Source: Treponema sp.
GTDB lineage: Bacteria > Spirochaetota > Spirochaetia > Treponematales > Treponemataceae
Direction of reading: 5' to 3'
Assembly: GCA_017525605.1 (NCBI GenBank)
Contig: JAFXSM010000033.1
Location: 10,747 to 74,746 of the forward strand
DNA length: 64,000 bases
The position numbers and the translations under genes are program-made. Below, in pieces: positions 27,321 to 36,070 of the stretch. The notes under the pieces are model-generated. The model saw only the letters and a program-made list of their open reading frames with translations, searched no databases and was not told the origin of the DNA. The first letter of the stretch is position 1, and the number at the start of each line of letters is the position of its first letter.

Positions 27321-28193
27321 ATGAAGAAATATGTTGCAATTTGGATTGCGGTCCTTTCATTTTTTTCGGTTTCGTTCGCATGGTCTGAGAAAGTGACTCA
27401 AGCAATGGTAGACGCAAAACAGGCGGAGGTTACTAGGCTTCAGAATGAATTGCAGAATGCACAGGCTGACGCATATCAGGCATACGCGACAAATTCGAGC
27501 GACTTGCAGCAGAAACAAGCAAAAGTGAATCAGCTTCAGTCTCAGCTCACAAAAGCGCAGAACGAAGCGTATCAGACAATGCAGACTTTCATGCAGCAGC
27601 AGTCGCAACAGACTCAGCAGGTGCAGCAAGCGCAAGTTCCGGTGCAGAATCAGACTCAAAGTCAGCCTGCACTCAACCAGCAGACTCAGCAGAATTCTGG
27701 AAGCGGCTCGGACGTTGTGTTCCTTCAGGTGAAGAATCTTCTTGACGGCGGATTGCTCAAGAATGAGATTATGATTGCCCAGCTTTCGCCTCAGCTGAAC
27801 CAGATGCAGAAGATGATGCTTTATTCTCAGTATGAAAAAAGTGCTGGAGGACCTTTCGCGCTCAACTTCTTCGTCGGATTCGGACTTGGCTCTGCGATTC
27901 AGGGGGATGTCGGCGGAACTTTTTTCCAGCTCGGATTCGAGACGTTTGGTTGGATTATGATTATTGCTGGCTGTAGCGGAGATGAGATTAAAGGCGGGGC
28001 AGTCGGAGTCGGTGTCGTTTCAATGCTCATCGGTCAGATTTACGGCTGGATTCGACCTTTCGTGTTCGCGAAAAACTACAACAAGACATTGCAGAATGCG
28101 CTCAACGGTGGCTCTACAATGATGTTCTCGCTCGCGCCAATAATCGACCCAATAAACGAACAATACGGTTTCGTAGCAAAACTCGATTTATGA
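27321..28193 (+). CDS. secreted Gln-rich coiled-coil protein with Gly-rich C-terminal membrane domain (possibly P13-porin-like)
   Basis: 290 aa. Signal peptide, Q-rich heptad-like region, then FALNFFVGFGLGSAIQGD...IYGWIRPF. The P13 resemblance is from memory only. Confidence 0.6.
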   Translation: MKKYVAIWIAVLSFFSVSFAWSEKVTQAMVDAKQAEVTRLQNELQNAQADAYQAYATNSSDLQQKQAKVNQLQSQLTKAQNEAYQTMQTFMQQQSQQTQQVQQAQVPVQNQTQSQPALNQQTQQNSGSGSDVVFLQVKNLLDGGLLKNEIMIAQLSPQLNQMQKMMLYSQYEKSAGGPFALNFFVGFGLGSAIQGDVGGTFFQLGFETFGWIMIIAGCSGDEIKGGAVGVGVVSMLIGQIYGWIRPFVFAKNYNKTLQNALNGGSTMMFSLAPIIDPINEQYGFVAKLDL

Positions 28194-28313
28194 GGAATTT
28201 TGTTCGATTGAACTTTTAGAATTTTTCATATCTGAACTGTTCGGAAATTGAGTCTGCAAAAGTTAAAGTGCCGTTTCTGAACAGTTTTATTTCTATGTGT
28301 CAGGAGGTGTTTT

Positions 28314-28688
28314 ATGAAAAACTTGAGAAATATTCTGACGGTTCTTGCGCTTTTTGTTCTGTCAGTTTTGTTTTCTTCGTGTTCCGACAAGTTCGCCGAT
28401 ATCGAAATCGACGGAACTATCAATTACGGAACAGGTCAGTACGGACAAGTCAACTACATAGAATATTCCGTAACTGGCGGAGAAGGACCCTACAAAATTT
28501 ATTATGCCAGAAGTATTGACGATTGGGACTATGCAAAAAGTCAGAGAGGTTATGTAGGTGAAGTTGAAGAAGGCGTAACTTATCGGCTTACCCCTAGCGG
28601 AACAAATTATGTCTCAGTCGGATGGTATTACTACATTTGGGCAGTCGACGAGAACGGGGCTAGCGGAGGAGCTCGTTGGCATCCTTAG
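28314..28688 (+). CDS. hypothetical lipoprotein
   Basis: 124 aa. Lipobox LFSSC. GGAGG lies upstream. Confidence 0.65.
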   Translation: MKNLRNILTVLALFVLSVLFSSCSDKFADIEIDGTINYGTGQYGQVNYIEYSVTGGEGPYKIYYARSIDDWDYAKSQRGYVGEVEEGVTYRLTPSGTNYVSVGWYYYIWAVDENGASGGARWHP

Positions 28689-28704
28689 GAGTTTCTGCTT
28701 TCTC

Positions 28705-28759
28705 TGTCAAAATTTGACAAATCGGGAATCTGATTCCATAAATTTTGGAATCAGATTCC
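28705..28759. promoter_or_regulatory. cluster of three perfect palindromes (candidate operator array) upstream of the MCP gene
   Basis: TGTCAAAATTTGACA (28705-28719). GGAATC-T-GATTCC (28725-28737) and GGAATC-A-GATTCC (28747-28759) are each followed by ATAAA(T/A)TT, with centres 22 bp apart. Confidence 0.55.
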
Positions 28760-28838
28760 ATAAAATTCGGAAAGCAAATTCAAACTGTACGAAATCTTTT
28801 TTCGTGACCGTTTTTTTAATCATCTAAAACATTCTGTG

Positions 28839-28864
28839 TAAAAAAGTCTTAATAAATGCGATAA
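28839..28864 (+). promoter_or_regulatory. candidate sigma-28 (FliA-type) promoter of the MCP gene
   Basis: TAAA-N15-GCGATAA compared with the consensus TAAA-N15-GCCGATAA. It ends 8 nt before the ATG. Confidence 0.45.
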
Positions 28865-28872
28865 TCATATTT

Positions 28873-30741
28873 ATGAACATTTTTGCACTTTACTCAATAT
28901 TTTTTTGTATCGCCACCGTGCTCGGAATTCCTCTGCTTTCGTATCTGCAGATTATGCAGATAAAAGGGAATTCTTTTCAGGAATGGATTTCCGGTATTGG
29001 AACGACTTTGATTCCTGCCGCGGGTCTTGCAGTCATCATCGTCGCTCTTGTCTACAGCAAGATGAAGCATCTCATGAAGATGCTCAGGGACGTTGAGGAA
29101 AGACCTCTGACTTTTGAGGAGAAAATCAGGGCAACCAGCATAATGCGGGTTGTGAACAGGATTTCTACGATTTCTCTTTTGCTTGGCTTCTTTTTAGGGA
29201 ACGGGCTTTCTGTTCTGATAAAGGTCAGCTTGGGAATTCTCCAATATACGTCTACGGAGATTTTCATCATGCTCGTTCTTACTTTAGTCTATGCCTTTAT
29301 GGCCAGAGAGTACTCGGTGGATTGCTTCAACGCGTGCGCAAGAAGCCAGCTTTCAAAGCTCGGAATCACAAGCACCGACGGCATAAAGACCTTGGGCTTT
29401 ACGAATTCGCTTTTGAGGACGGTCGCGACTTGTCTGTTTGCAATGGGCTGGCATATTTTCTGCTCCGGCTATGGTGCTGTCCATAACGGGCTGTCGGCTG
29501 AGCAGTTCTTCATGAATGCCGCAATCTCGATAACGATTTCCCTCGTGATGACGCTTCCGCTTCTCATTCTCATTCTGGAGCAGCTGCGTGCCAGGTTCGT
29601 AATCACGACAAATCAGGTGAAGACTCTCACGGAGACCGGAAACATCAAGAACAGGCTTTCAATCGGTGCGTTCGACGATTTCGGCATCGTGCAGGGCGAG
29701 ATAAATTCACTCATGGATTTGCTGCAGGTTCTTCTGAAGAATCTCACAAAGGAAACTTCGAATGTCGATATCGGCGCGAACGAGCTTAAGACTGTCGCAG
29801 ATTCTTCGGCAGTCGGCGTCACCCAGGTTTTCAGCACGATAAAGAACCTGAATTCGAAAATCGACGAGGAAGGGCAGATTCTCGCGCAGCTCAAGGACGG
29901 AATCGTTCATCTTTCTTCGGACGCGGACAAAATCGACCTGGCGGTGCGCAAGGAATTCGACGCTGCCAAAGAGGATGTCACGTTGATGAACAAGACCAGC
30001 GAGAACCTCCATTCGATTGACGAGATGATTGGAAGGGCTGAGGCAAGCTCAATCAAGCTTTCCGAGATTTCAAAGCAGGGAAACGAGGAAGTCAACAAGA
30101 CGATGAGCATCGTCAACACCGTAAGCGAAAAGTCGAGGATGATGGGCGACGTCATTCGCGTCATTCAGACTGTGGCGAGCCAGACGAACCTTCTTGCGAT
30201 GAACGCTTCGATTGAGGCTGCTCATGCAGGGGATGCAGGCTCGGGGTTTGCGGTTGTCGCCGACGAAATCAGAAAACTTGCCGAGTCTTCATCAAAATCT
30301 GCGAAGGACATCAAGGATTTGATAACGGAAATCATGAGCGCGGTCGATGATTCTTCAAAATCGATGGCTTCCACGATGGAAATATTCAGCAAAATCGAGA
30401 ATGAAATCATCGACCAGAAAAATGCGGTCTCGGCGATTTCAGAGTCGATGGACATGCAGTCGGAAAACGTCAAGCAGACGAAAAACGCGACCGACGAAAT
30501 CAGCCGCCAGATTGACAGCGTGACGACACTCGTCCAGAAGCAGGCGGAATATTCGAAGGTGATGATGGAAAATGTGAACAAAGTGTTTGATTATTCCAAG
30601 AGAATTTCCGAGTCGATGACCGAATCCGAGGCCGTCATCCAGAACTTCTCCGAGACTGTCGAAATTGTAAAGGACAAGGCCGAGCAGAACAAAGATTCCG
30701 TGAAAAATATCACAAAGGAAATCGAAAAGTTCTCGTTCTAA
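28873..30741 (+). CDS. methyl-accepting chemotaxis protein with polytopic N-terminal membrane region
   Basis: 622 aa. Signalling domain core [34 protein letters not shown]. Confidence 0.93.
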   Translation: MNIFALYSIFFCIATVLGIPLLSYLQIMQIKGNSFQEWISGIGTTLIPAAGLAVIIVALVYSKMKHLMKMLRDVEERPLTFEEKIRATSIMRVVNRISTISLLLGFFLGNGLSVLIKVSLGILQYTSTEIFIMLVLTLVYAFMAREYSVDCFNACARSQLSKLGITSTDGIKTLGFTNSLLRTVATCLFAMGWHIFCSGYGAVHNGLSAEQFFMNAAISITISLVMTLPLLILILEQLRARFVITTNQVKTLTETGNIKNRLSIGAFDDFGIVQGEINSLMDLLQVLLKNLTKETSNVDIGANELKTVADSSAVGVTQVFSTIKNLNSKIDEEGQILAQLKDGIVHLSSDADKIDLAVRKEFDAAKEDVTLMNKTSENLHSIDEMIGRAEASSIKLSEISKQGNEEVNKTMSIVNTVSEKSRMMGDVIRVIQTVASQTNLLAMNASIEAAHAGDAGSGFAVVADEIRKLAESSSKSAKDIKDLITEIMSAVDDSSKSMASTMEIFSKIENEIIDQKNAVSAISESMDMQSENVKQTKNATDEISRQIDSVTTLVQKQAEYSKVMMENVNKVFDYSKRISESMTESEAVIQNFSETVEIVKDKAEQNKDSVKNITKEIEKFSF

Positions 30742-30761
30742 AAAAATATTTGACCTTCAAC

Positions 30762-30810
30762 AAAAAAAATCCTCCGTACACTTCAAAAAAAGTGCGGAGG
30801 ATTTTTTTTC
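30762..30810. terminator. bidirectional intrinsic terminator between the MCP gene and gltX
   Basis: AAAAAAAATCCTCCGTAC...GTGCGGAGGATTTTTTTT, with an A-run and a T-run flanking the stem. Confidence 0.8.
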
Positions 30811-30825
30811 AGATGCGCTTGTCCG

Positions 30826-32406
30826 TTACAGAGTTGCGATTGTGCGCTCGATTCTTGCAAGTGATTTTTCCTTGCCGAGAACCTGGATCGAGCCGATGAG
30901 CGGAGGAGAAACGCGGCTTCCTGTGACAGCCATGCGGATTGGCATCATGAAGTCGCCGAGTTTCACGCCAAGCTCTTCTGCCTTTGCCTTTGCGAAATTC
31001 TCCGCTTCCTCGTGGTTCGTCTCGAAAATCTTCGCCACGAAATCCTTTGCGTTCTCAAGGACTTCTTTCGTCTTTGCTGCGTCGAGCTTTTTCGGAACGA
31101 GCTGCTCGACTGGCGGAACTGCCGGCTCAGTGAACATGAAGTGCACCATCTCTGCGGCTTCCGTGAGGAACTTGAGGCGTTCTTTGATGAGCGGCATGAG
31201 ACCCATGAGCGTCTTTTTCACGTCCTCGCTCGTCATGTTCATCGATTCGTCCACGCATTCCGGTTCGCCGCTCTCGTTCATGCGGACACCCGAATATTCA
31301 GGTCCCACCTTCGGCTTCGGCTGCGGATTGTCAGGATTGATTTCGAGAGTCGCATCTCCTGTTCCAGTGATGAACGGCAATGTCCACTTGTAAAGCTCCT
31401 CGTCAGAAAGCATTCTGATGTAGTTCGAGTTGTAGAATTCGAGCTTTTTGTAGTCGAATACAGCCGGTGACTTGTTCAGATGCTCAAGCTTGAATGCCTT
31501 TGCAAGCTCTTCGAGAGTGTAGAATTCTTTTCCCTCTTCGTAAGAGCAGCCGAGGAGCGCGACGTAGTTCACGATTGCCTTCGGAAGATATCCGCGCGCA
31601 CGGAATTCGTTGAGCGAAGTTGAGCCGTGGCGTTTTGAGAGCTTCTTTCCGTCCGAGCCGTTTACCATCGGGAGGTGGCAGAACTCAGGGTGCTCCCAGC
31701 CGAACGAGCGGTACATCTGGACGTGGAGCGGAGTTGAAGGAATCCACTCCTGCGCGCGCATGACGTGCGAGATTTTCATCAGGTGGTCGTCAACGATGTT
31801 CGCAAGGTGATATGTCGGGAATCCGTCAGATTTCAGAAGAACCGGGTCAGGAGAAATCGCCTCGTTCTCCCACTCGATGTCGCCGAGAAGGTGGTCGTGG
31901 AACACTGTCTTTCCTTCGAGAGGCACCTTGAGCCTGATTACATACGGCTTTCCTGCGTCCAGGTTTGCCTTGACTTCCTCTGCTGTGAGGTGTCGGCAGT
32001 TTCTGTCGTAGCCGGGAGCCATCTTGTTCTCCTGCTGGATTTTTCTGATGCGGTCAAGTCGCTCAGCATCGCAGAAACAGTAGTATGCTTCCCCGTTCTC
32101 GATGAGCTTCTGGGCATATTCCTTGTAAAGCGCGAATCTTTCGCTCTGGACGTATGGCCCGTATTCTCCGCCCTTGTCTCCGCCTTCGTCCCAGTCAATT
32201 CCAAGCCATTCAAGTGTGTCGTAGAGATTCTGAACGTATTTCTCGTCGTAGCGGGTTCTGTCAGTGTCTTCAAGACGGAGGATGAATTTTCCGCCCTGAG
32301 AGCGTGCGTAAAGATAATTGAACAATGCAGTGCGCACGCCGCCAATGTGCTGCATTCCTGTCGGTGATGGCGCGTAACGAACACGCACTTCTTTGATGTT
32401 TTCCAT
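30826..32406 (-). CDS. gltX: glutamate--tRNA ligase
   Basis: 526 aa. HIGH-type motif PTGMQHIGG and KMSKS-type KLSKRHG. Longer than typical GluRS. Confidence 0.95.
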   Translation of the reverse strand: MENIKEVRVRYAPSPTGMQHIGGVRTALFNYLYARSQGGKFILRLEDTDRTRYDEKYVQNLYDTLEWLGIDWDEGGDKGGEYGPYVQSERFALYKEYAQKLIENGEAYYCFCDAERLDRIRKIQQENKMAPGYDRNCRHLTAEEVKANLDAGKPYVIRLKVPLEGKTVFHDHLLGDIEWENEAISPDPVLLKSDGFPTYHLANIVDDHLMKISHVMRAQEWIPSTPLHVQMYRSFGWEHPEFCHLPMVNGSDGKKLSKRHGSTSLNEFRARGYLPKAIVNYVALLGCSYEEGKEFYTLEELAKAFKLEHLNKSPAVFDYKKLEFYNSNYIRMLSDEELYKWTLPFITGTGDATLEINPDNPQPKPKVGPEYSGVRMNESGEPECVDESMNMTSEDVKKTLMGLMPLIKERLKFLTEAAEMVHFMFTEPAVPPVEQLVPKKLDAAKTKEVLENAKDFVAKIFETNHEEAENFAKAKAEELGVKLGDFMMPIRMAVTGSRVSPPLIGSIQVLGKEKSLARIERTIATL

Positions 32407-32501
32407 TTTGTTCCTCTAAAAAAAATAAAAAGACTTCAAGTCATTCATCTTAATCAAAAAGATTTATTTAAACAATTCCATGCTAATTTGCAGATGCGTT
32501 T

Positions 32502-32529
32502 TTGATTTTTTAAAAATGTCTGTTATACT
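32502..32529 (+). promoter_or_regulatory. candidate sigma-70 promoter with extended -10
   Basis: TTGATT-N16-TATACT, with TG at the extended -10 position (TGTTATACT). Confidence 0.5.
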
Positions 32530-32576
32530 GAAAGTCAACTTAGATTTTAGAATTCTTAGGCTTAAGGAGGCGCAAT

Positions 32577-33026
32577 ATGCTCAAGAAATTCATTTCAACA
32601 ATCGCAATACTTTTTGCACTGTCATCGGTATCGGTTTTCGCACACAAGGCTCAGTCAAAGGCTACTTCCGCAAACGACGAGAATTACCAGTGGTACGAGT
32701 TCAAGGCAAAGCAGTTCGGAAAACCGATGAAGTTTTTCGCATTCAAGACCGAAACTCAGAGGGACAACCGCGCTCTGATGATTCTTGACAAGAACGGATG
32801 GGGCGCAAGACCTGGCGAGACAATCAGCGAGTTTTTCAACTTTGAGGGCGGGGAGAAGACAGTTCTTTTCGACGAGGAGCTGAAGCCGACGATGAAAGAG
32901 AACGGATACAAATACGCGATGACGACGTTCAAGTCAACGAACAAGGAGACCACGACGATTTACCTTTATACGTTCTGGTATGATGCCGAGACTGACGCGC
33001 TTTACGTTTACAAATCATACAAGTAA
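32577..33026 (+). CDS. secreted hypothetical protein
   Basis: 149 aa. Signal peptide, with AGGAGG upstream. Confidence 0.65.
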   Translation: MLKKFISTIAILFALSSVSVFAHKAQSKATSANDENYQWYEFKAKQFGKPMKFFAFKTETQRDNRALMILDKNGWGARPGETISEFFNFEGGEKTVLFDEELKPTMKENGYKYAMTTFKSTNKETTTIYLYTFWYDAETDALYVYKSYK

Positions 33027-33068
33027 GCATTTTCTTAACGGAACAAACTGATTTACTGAACGTAAAAA

Positions 33069-33105
33069 AGAGCTTGTGCTTTTGCATAGGCTCTTTTCTT
33101 TTTTT
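33069..33105 (+). terminator. intrinsic terminator
   Basis: AGAGCTTGTGC-TTTT-GCATAGGCTCT (two G-U pairs) followed by TTTCTTTTTTT. Confidence 0.75.
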
Positions 33106-33143
33106 ACAATGGTATTTTGAAATTTTTAACGGAGACTTAGAAA

Positions 33144-34481
33144 ATGAGCGAAAGCAAAACAGAAAACAAAAACGAAAATACAAAAAAAATACTCGGATTC
33201 ATAAAAGAAAGCCCCAGCTGCTTCCATGCGGTGAAAAAAATTGCGGACGAAATGAAATCATGCGGCTTTACGGAGCTTTCCGAAAAGGAAAAATGGAATC
33301 TTTCGGCGGGCGGAAAATATTTCGTCACGAGAAATTCATCTTCGATAATCTCTTTTGCGATTCCGAAAAACGATTTCAAATCGTTCAGGATTGTCGCGTC
33401 GCACTCGGATTCGCCTGGATTCAAGGTGAAGGAAAATCCAGAACTATGCGGAAACGGCTGCACCCGGCTGAATGTCGAAAAATACGGCGGAATGCTTCTT
33501 GCTCCGTGGTTCGACAGGCCGCTTTCGGTTGCCGGCCGCGTCTGCATGAAAAGCGGGAGCGGATTTGCGGTTGAGGAGCGTCTTTTCGATTTCGGACGCG
33601 ACATCGCAATGATTCCGAGCCTTGCGATTCATTTTGCGCGGGACGCGAACGACGGCCACAAGATAAATTTCCAGAACGAGATGATGCCGATCATAACGAC
33701 CGAGAAAGACTTCAATTTAAAAAAGAAAATCGCGGAGAAAATTTCTTTTGACGGAAACGGAAAGCAGAGTGCCGAGAAAATCCTCCCTGAAATTCTTTCA
33801 TATGACCTTTTCGTCTATAACAGGGACGAGGGCAAATTCTGGGGCGCGAACGACGAATTCATCTCTTCGCCGCGCCTTGACGATTTGGAATGCGCTTTTT
33901 CGACGATGATTGGCTTTGCCGAGGCTGTAAAAAATGAAAATGCCGATGGAAACAGCGTCCTTATCCATGCAGTTTTTGACAACGAGGAAGTCGGAAGTTC
34001 GTCTCGGCAGGGTGCGAATTCGACTTTTCTTGAGGACACTCTCAAGCGGATAAATCTTTCGCTCGGAAAAAACGATGAGGATTACATGGTCGCGGTCGCG
34101 AACAGCTTCCTCGTGAGCGCGGACAACGCACATGCGCTTCATCCGTCTTTCGCCGACAAATCGGATTTAATCAACAGACCGAAAGTGAACGGCGGAATCG
34201 TCATAAAATTCAACGCGTCGCAGAAATACACGAGCGACGCAGTTTCTTCTGGAATGTTCAAACGAATTTGCGAGAACGCAAATGTTCCTGTGCAGATTTT
34301 CACGAACAACTCGAATGTGGCTGGCGGTTCAACCCTCGGCAACATCTCGACTTCGCACGTCTCCGTTCTTTCGGTGGACATCGGTCTTGCGCAGTGGGCA
34401 ATGCATTCTCCGTATGAGTCCGCAGGTGCCGCTGACGCAGAATCGATGGTTCGCGCGATGAGTGAATTCTACCGCGCCTAA
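33144..34481 (+). CDS. M18-family aminopeptidase
   Basis: 445 aa. Pattern ASHSDSPGFKVK, VFDNEEVGS, HSPYE. Confidence 0.88.
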   Translation: MSESKTENKNENTKKILGFIKESPSCFHAVKKIADEMKSCGFTELSEKEKWNLSAGGKYFVTRNSSSIISFAIPKNDFKSFRIVASHSDSPGFKVKENPELCGNGCTRLNVEKYGGMLLAPWFDRPLSVAGRVCMKSGSGFAVEERLFDFGRDIAMIPSLAIHFARDANDGHKINFQNEMMPIITTEKDFNLKKKIAEKISFDGNGKQSAEKILPEILSYDLFVYNRDEGKFWGANDEFISSPRLDDLECAFSTMIGFAEAVKNENADGNSVLIHAVFDNEEVGSSSRQGANSTFLEDTLKRINLSLGKNDEDYMVAVANSFLVSADNAHALHPSFADKSDLINRPKVNGGIVIKFNASQKYTSDAVSSGMFKRICENANVPVQIFTNNSNVAGGSTLGNISTSHVSVLSVDIGLAQWAMHSPYESAGAADAESMVRAMSEFYRA

Positions 34482-36004
34482 AATTGCGAGAGCCAGTCGA
34501 ATATTCCGTTGTCGTTGTTCAATGTGTATATCCAGCTGGCGTGACCTTCGTACTGGTACGCGCTTCCGTCCTCGCCGAAGAATCTGCCTGATGTGTCGTG
34601 CACGTCCTCGTATTCGGTGCATCGGAAATCCTTTGCGCCGTTTTTTTTCATCCGCTCGATTGTCGGAATCGTTGCCTTGAGCGGGTCAACCGTGGTGTCG
34701 TTTTTTGCGTAGGTGAAGAAAATCGGGAACGACGACAAAAACTGAATCTGCTCGTCGGTGATTTTCGAGTCGAGGTAGAATTCGCAGGTCGGGAACGCTG
34801 CCCTGAAAAAATACCGGAAGACGAGAATCATGTTGAGCGTCATGTATCCGCCTGCTGAGCATCCTCCGACAAAGATTCTCGAAGTGTCGATTTCTGGGTT
34901 TTCGCTTATGACTGAATCAATCAAATCTTTTATGAGAAATGTGTAATACGAAAACGAGCCGAACGGAATTTTTTCTTCTTCTGCTTCGGTTTCGTCTTCG
35001 TCATCTGAGACCGAGTTTCCTGTGAATGCCTGACGAACTTTCTGCTTCAGAAAACGCATCGGCATTGTAACGGTGTCCTTCGCGCTTTTCATTCCGCCTG
35101 AGATTTTGTTCTTCACTTTGTCCTTGTCAACCGGTGCCCAATAATGGATTCCGCCGATTGTCCTTTCGCTGACCATGAGCCAGCCCGTCGGGCATTGCGG
35201 GGCGAGTATGCAGAATCCGTTGGGGAATTTTGACTGGATTTCTTCGCTTGCAAGGTTCGTGACTTTCGCGTTCAGAATCGGTGAAGCCTTGTTCTTTCCG
35301 CCTTCGCCCATTCCGTGAAACCAGACCACGAGCGGAATTTTCCCGTCGAGTTTTGAATCTGAACCTGAAGCTGAAGCTGCAGAATCGGGCTTGAAAAATG
35401 CGTAATTTATTGGAACTTCATCCTCGTCGTCAATGTCGCCGTCGTCGTCGTATTCGATTACAACTCCGTCATAAACTCCGAACGAAAATCTGCTCGCGTT
35501 TTTGTTCACCATTCCGGAGCAGTTTTTGACAGAAAGACCGAGCTCTTTGTTGATTATCGTGTATGAAAAAAAATCATCGACTTTTCCGACCGATTTTGAA
35601 AGTCCCGTCGTAAGCACATTCAGCGTTCTGAAATTCTCTGGCCGTATGTCGAAGCTGAGCGTGACGAAGTTGCTTTCGGATTCGATTTTGTTTCCGTTTT
35701 CGTCAGAGACAAACGCGTCGCTGCATTCGATTTCGGAATTGAATTTTTCTATGTAGATTCGCTTGCCTGTTTTCCTTGTCATTCTTTTCACGACAAAATC
35801 CGAAGAATGAACGCTCTGCGGCATGATTTTATTTTCCGTGTGAATCACGATTTTTGAAATGCACGCTCCGAAATCTTCCGCAGAAAAATGCACGACGAAC
35901 GAATTTTCTTCAGGCACTTTCTCGGGAAGAATCGTCGCGGGAAAAATTTTTGCCGAAGAAATCAGAATCAGAAAAACGAAAAAAAACAATCTTGGGATTT
36001 TCAT
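34478..36004 (-). CDS. secreted alpha/beta-hydrolase (esterase/peptidase-like) with N-terminal beta-rich domain
   Basis: 508 aa. Signal peptide and nucleophile elbow GGCSAGG (GxSxG). Convergent 4-nt overlap with the aminopeptidase gene. Confidence 0.7.
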   Translation of the reverse strand: MKIPRLFFFVFLILISSAKIFPATILPEKVPEENSFVVHFSAEDFGACISKIVIHTENKIMPQSVHSSDFVVKRMTRKTGKRIYIEKFNSEIECSDAFVSDENGNKIESESNFVTLSFDIRPENFRTLNVLTTGLSKSVGKVDDFFSYTIINKELGLSVKNCSGMVNKNASRFSFGVYDGVVIEYDDDGDIDDEDEVPINYAFFKPDSAASASGSDSKLDGKIPLVVWFHGMGEGGKNKASPILNAKVTNLASEEIQSKFPNGFCILAPQCPTGWLMVSERTIGGIHYWAPVDKDKVKNKISGGMKSAKDTVTMPMRFLKQKVRQAFTGNSVSDDEDETEAEEEKIPFGSFSYYTFLIKDLIDSVISENPEIDTSRIFVGGCSAGGYMTLNMILVFRYFFRAAFPTCEFYLDSKITDEQIQFLSSFPIFFTYAKNDTTVDPLKATIPTIERMKKNGAKDFRCTEYEDVHDTSGRFFGEDGSAYQYEGHASWIYTLNNDNGIFDWLSQF

Positions 36005-36070
36005 AAAATCGATTATAGCAGTAAAGGCATTAAAACTAACATTTGTTTAAAAATTGATTAAAATAATCAT

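Noticed and set aside
28230-28300. A possible terminator after the 27321 gene, AACTGTTC...GAACAGTT plus TTTTATTT.
   Set aside because: The stem is only 8 bp and encloses a loop of about 45 nt, which is too weak to call as a feature.
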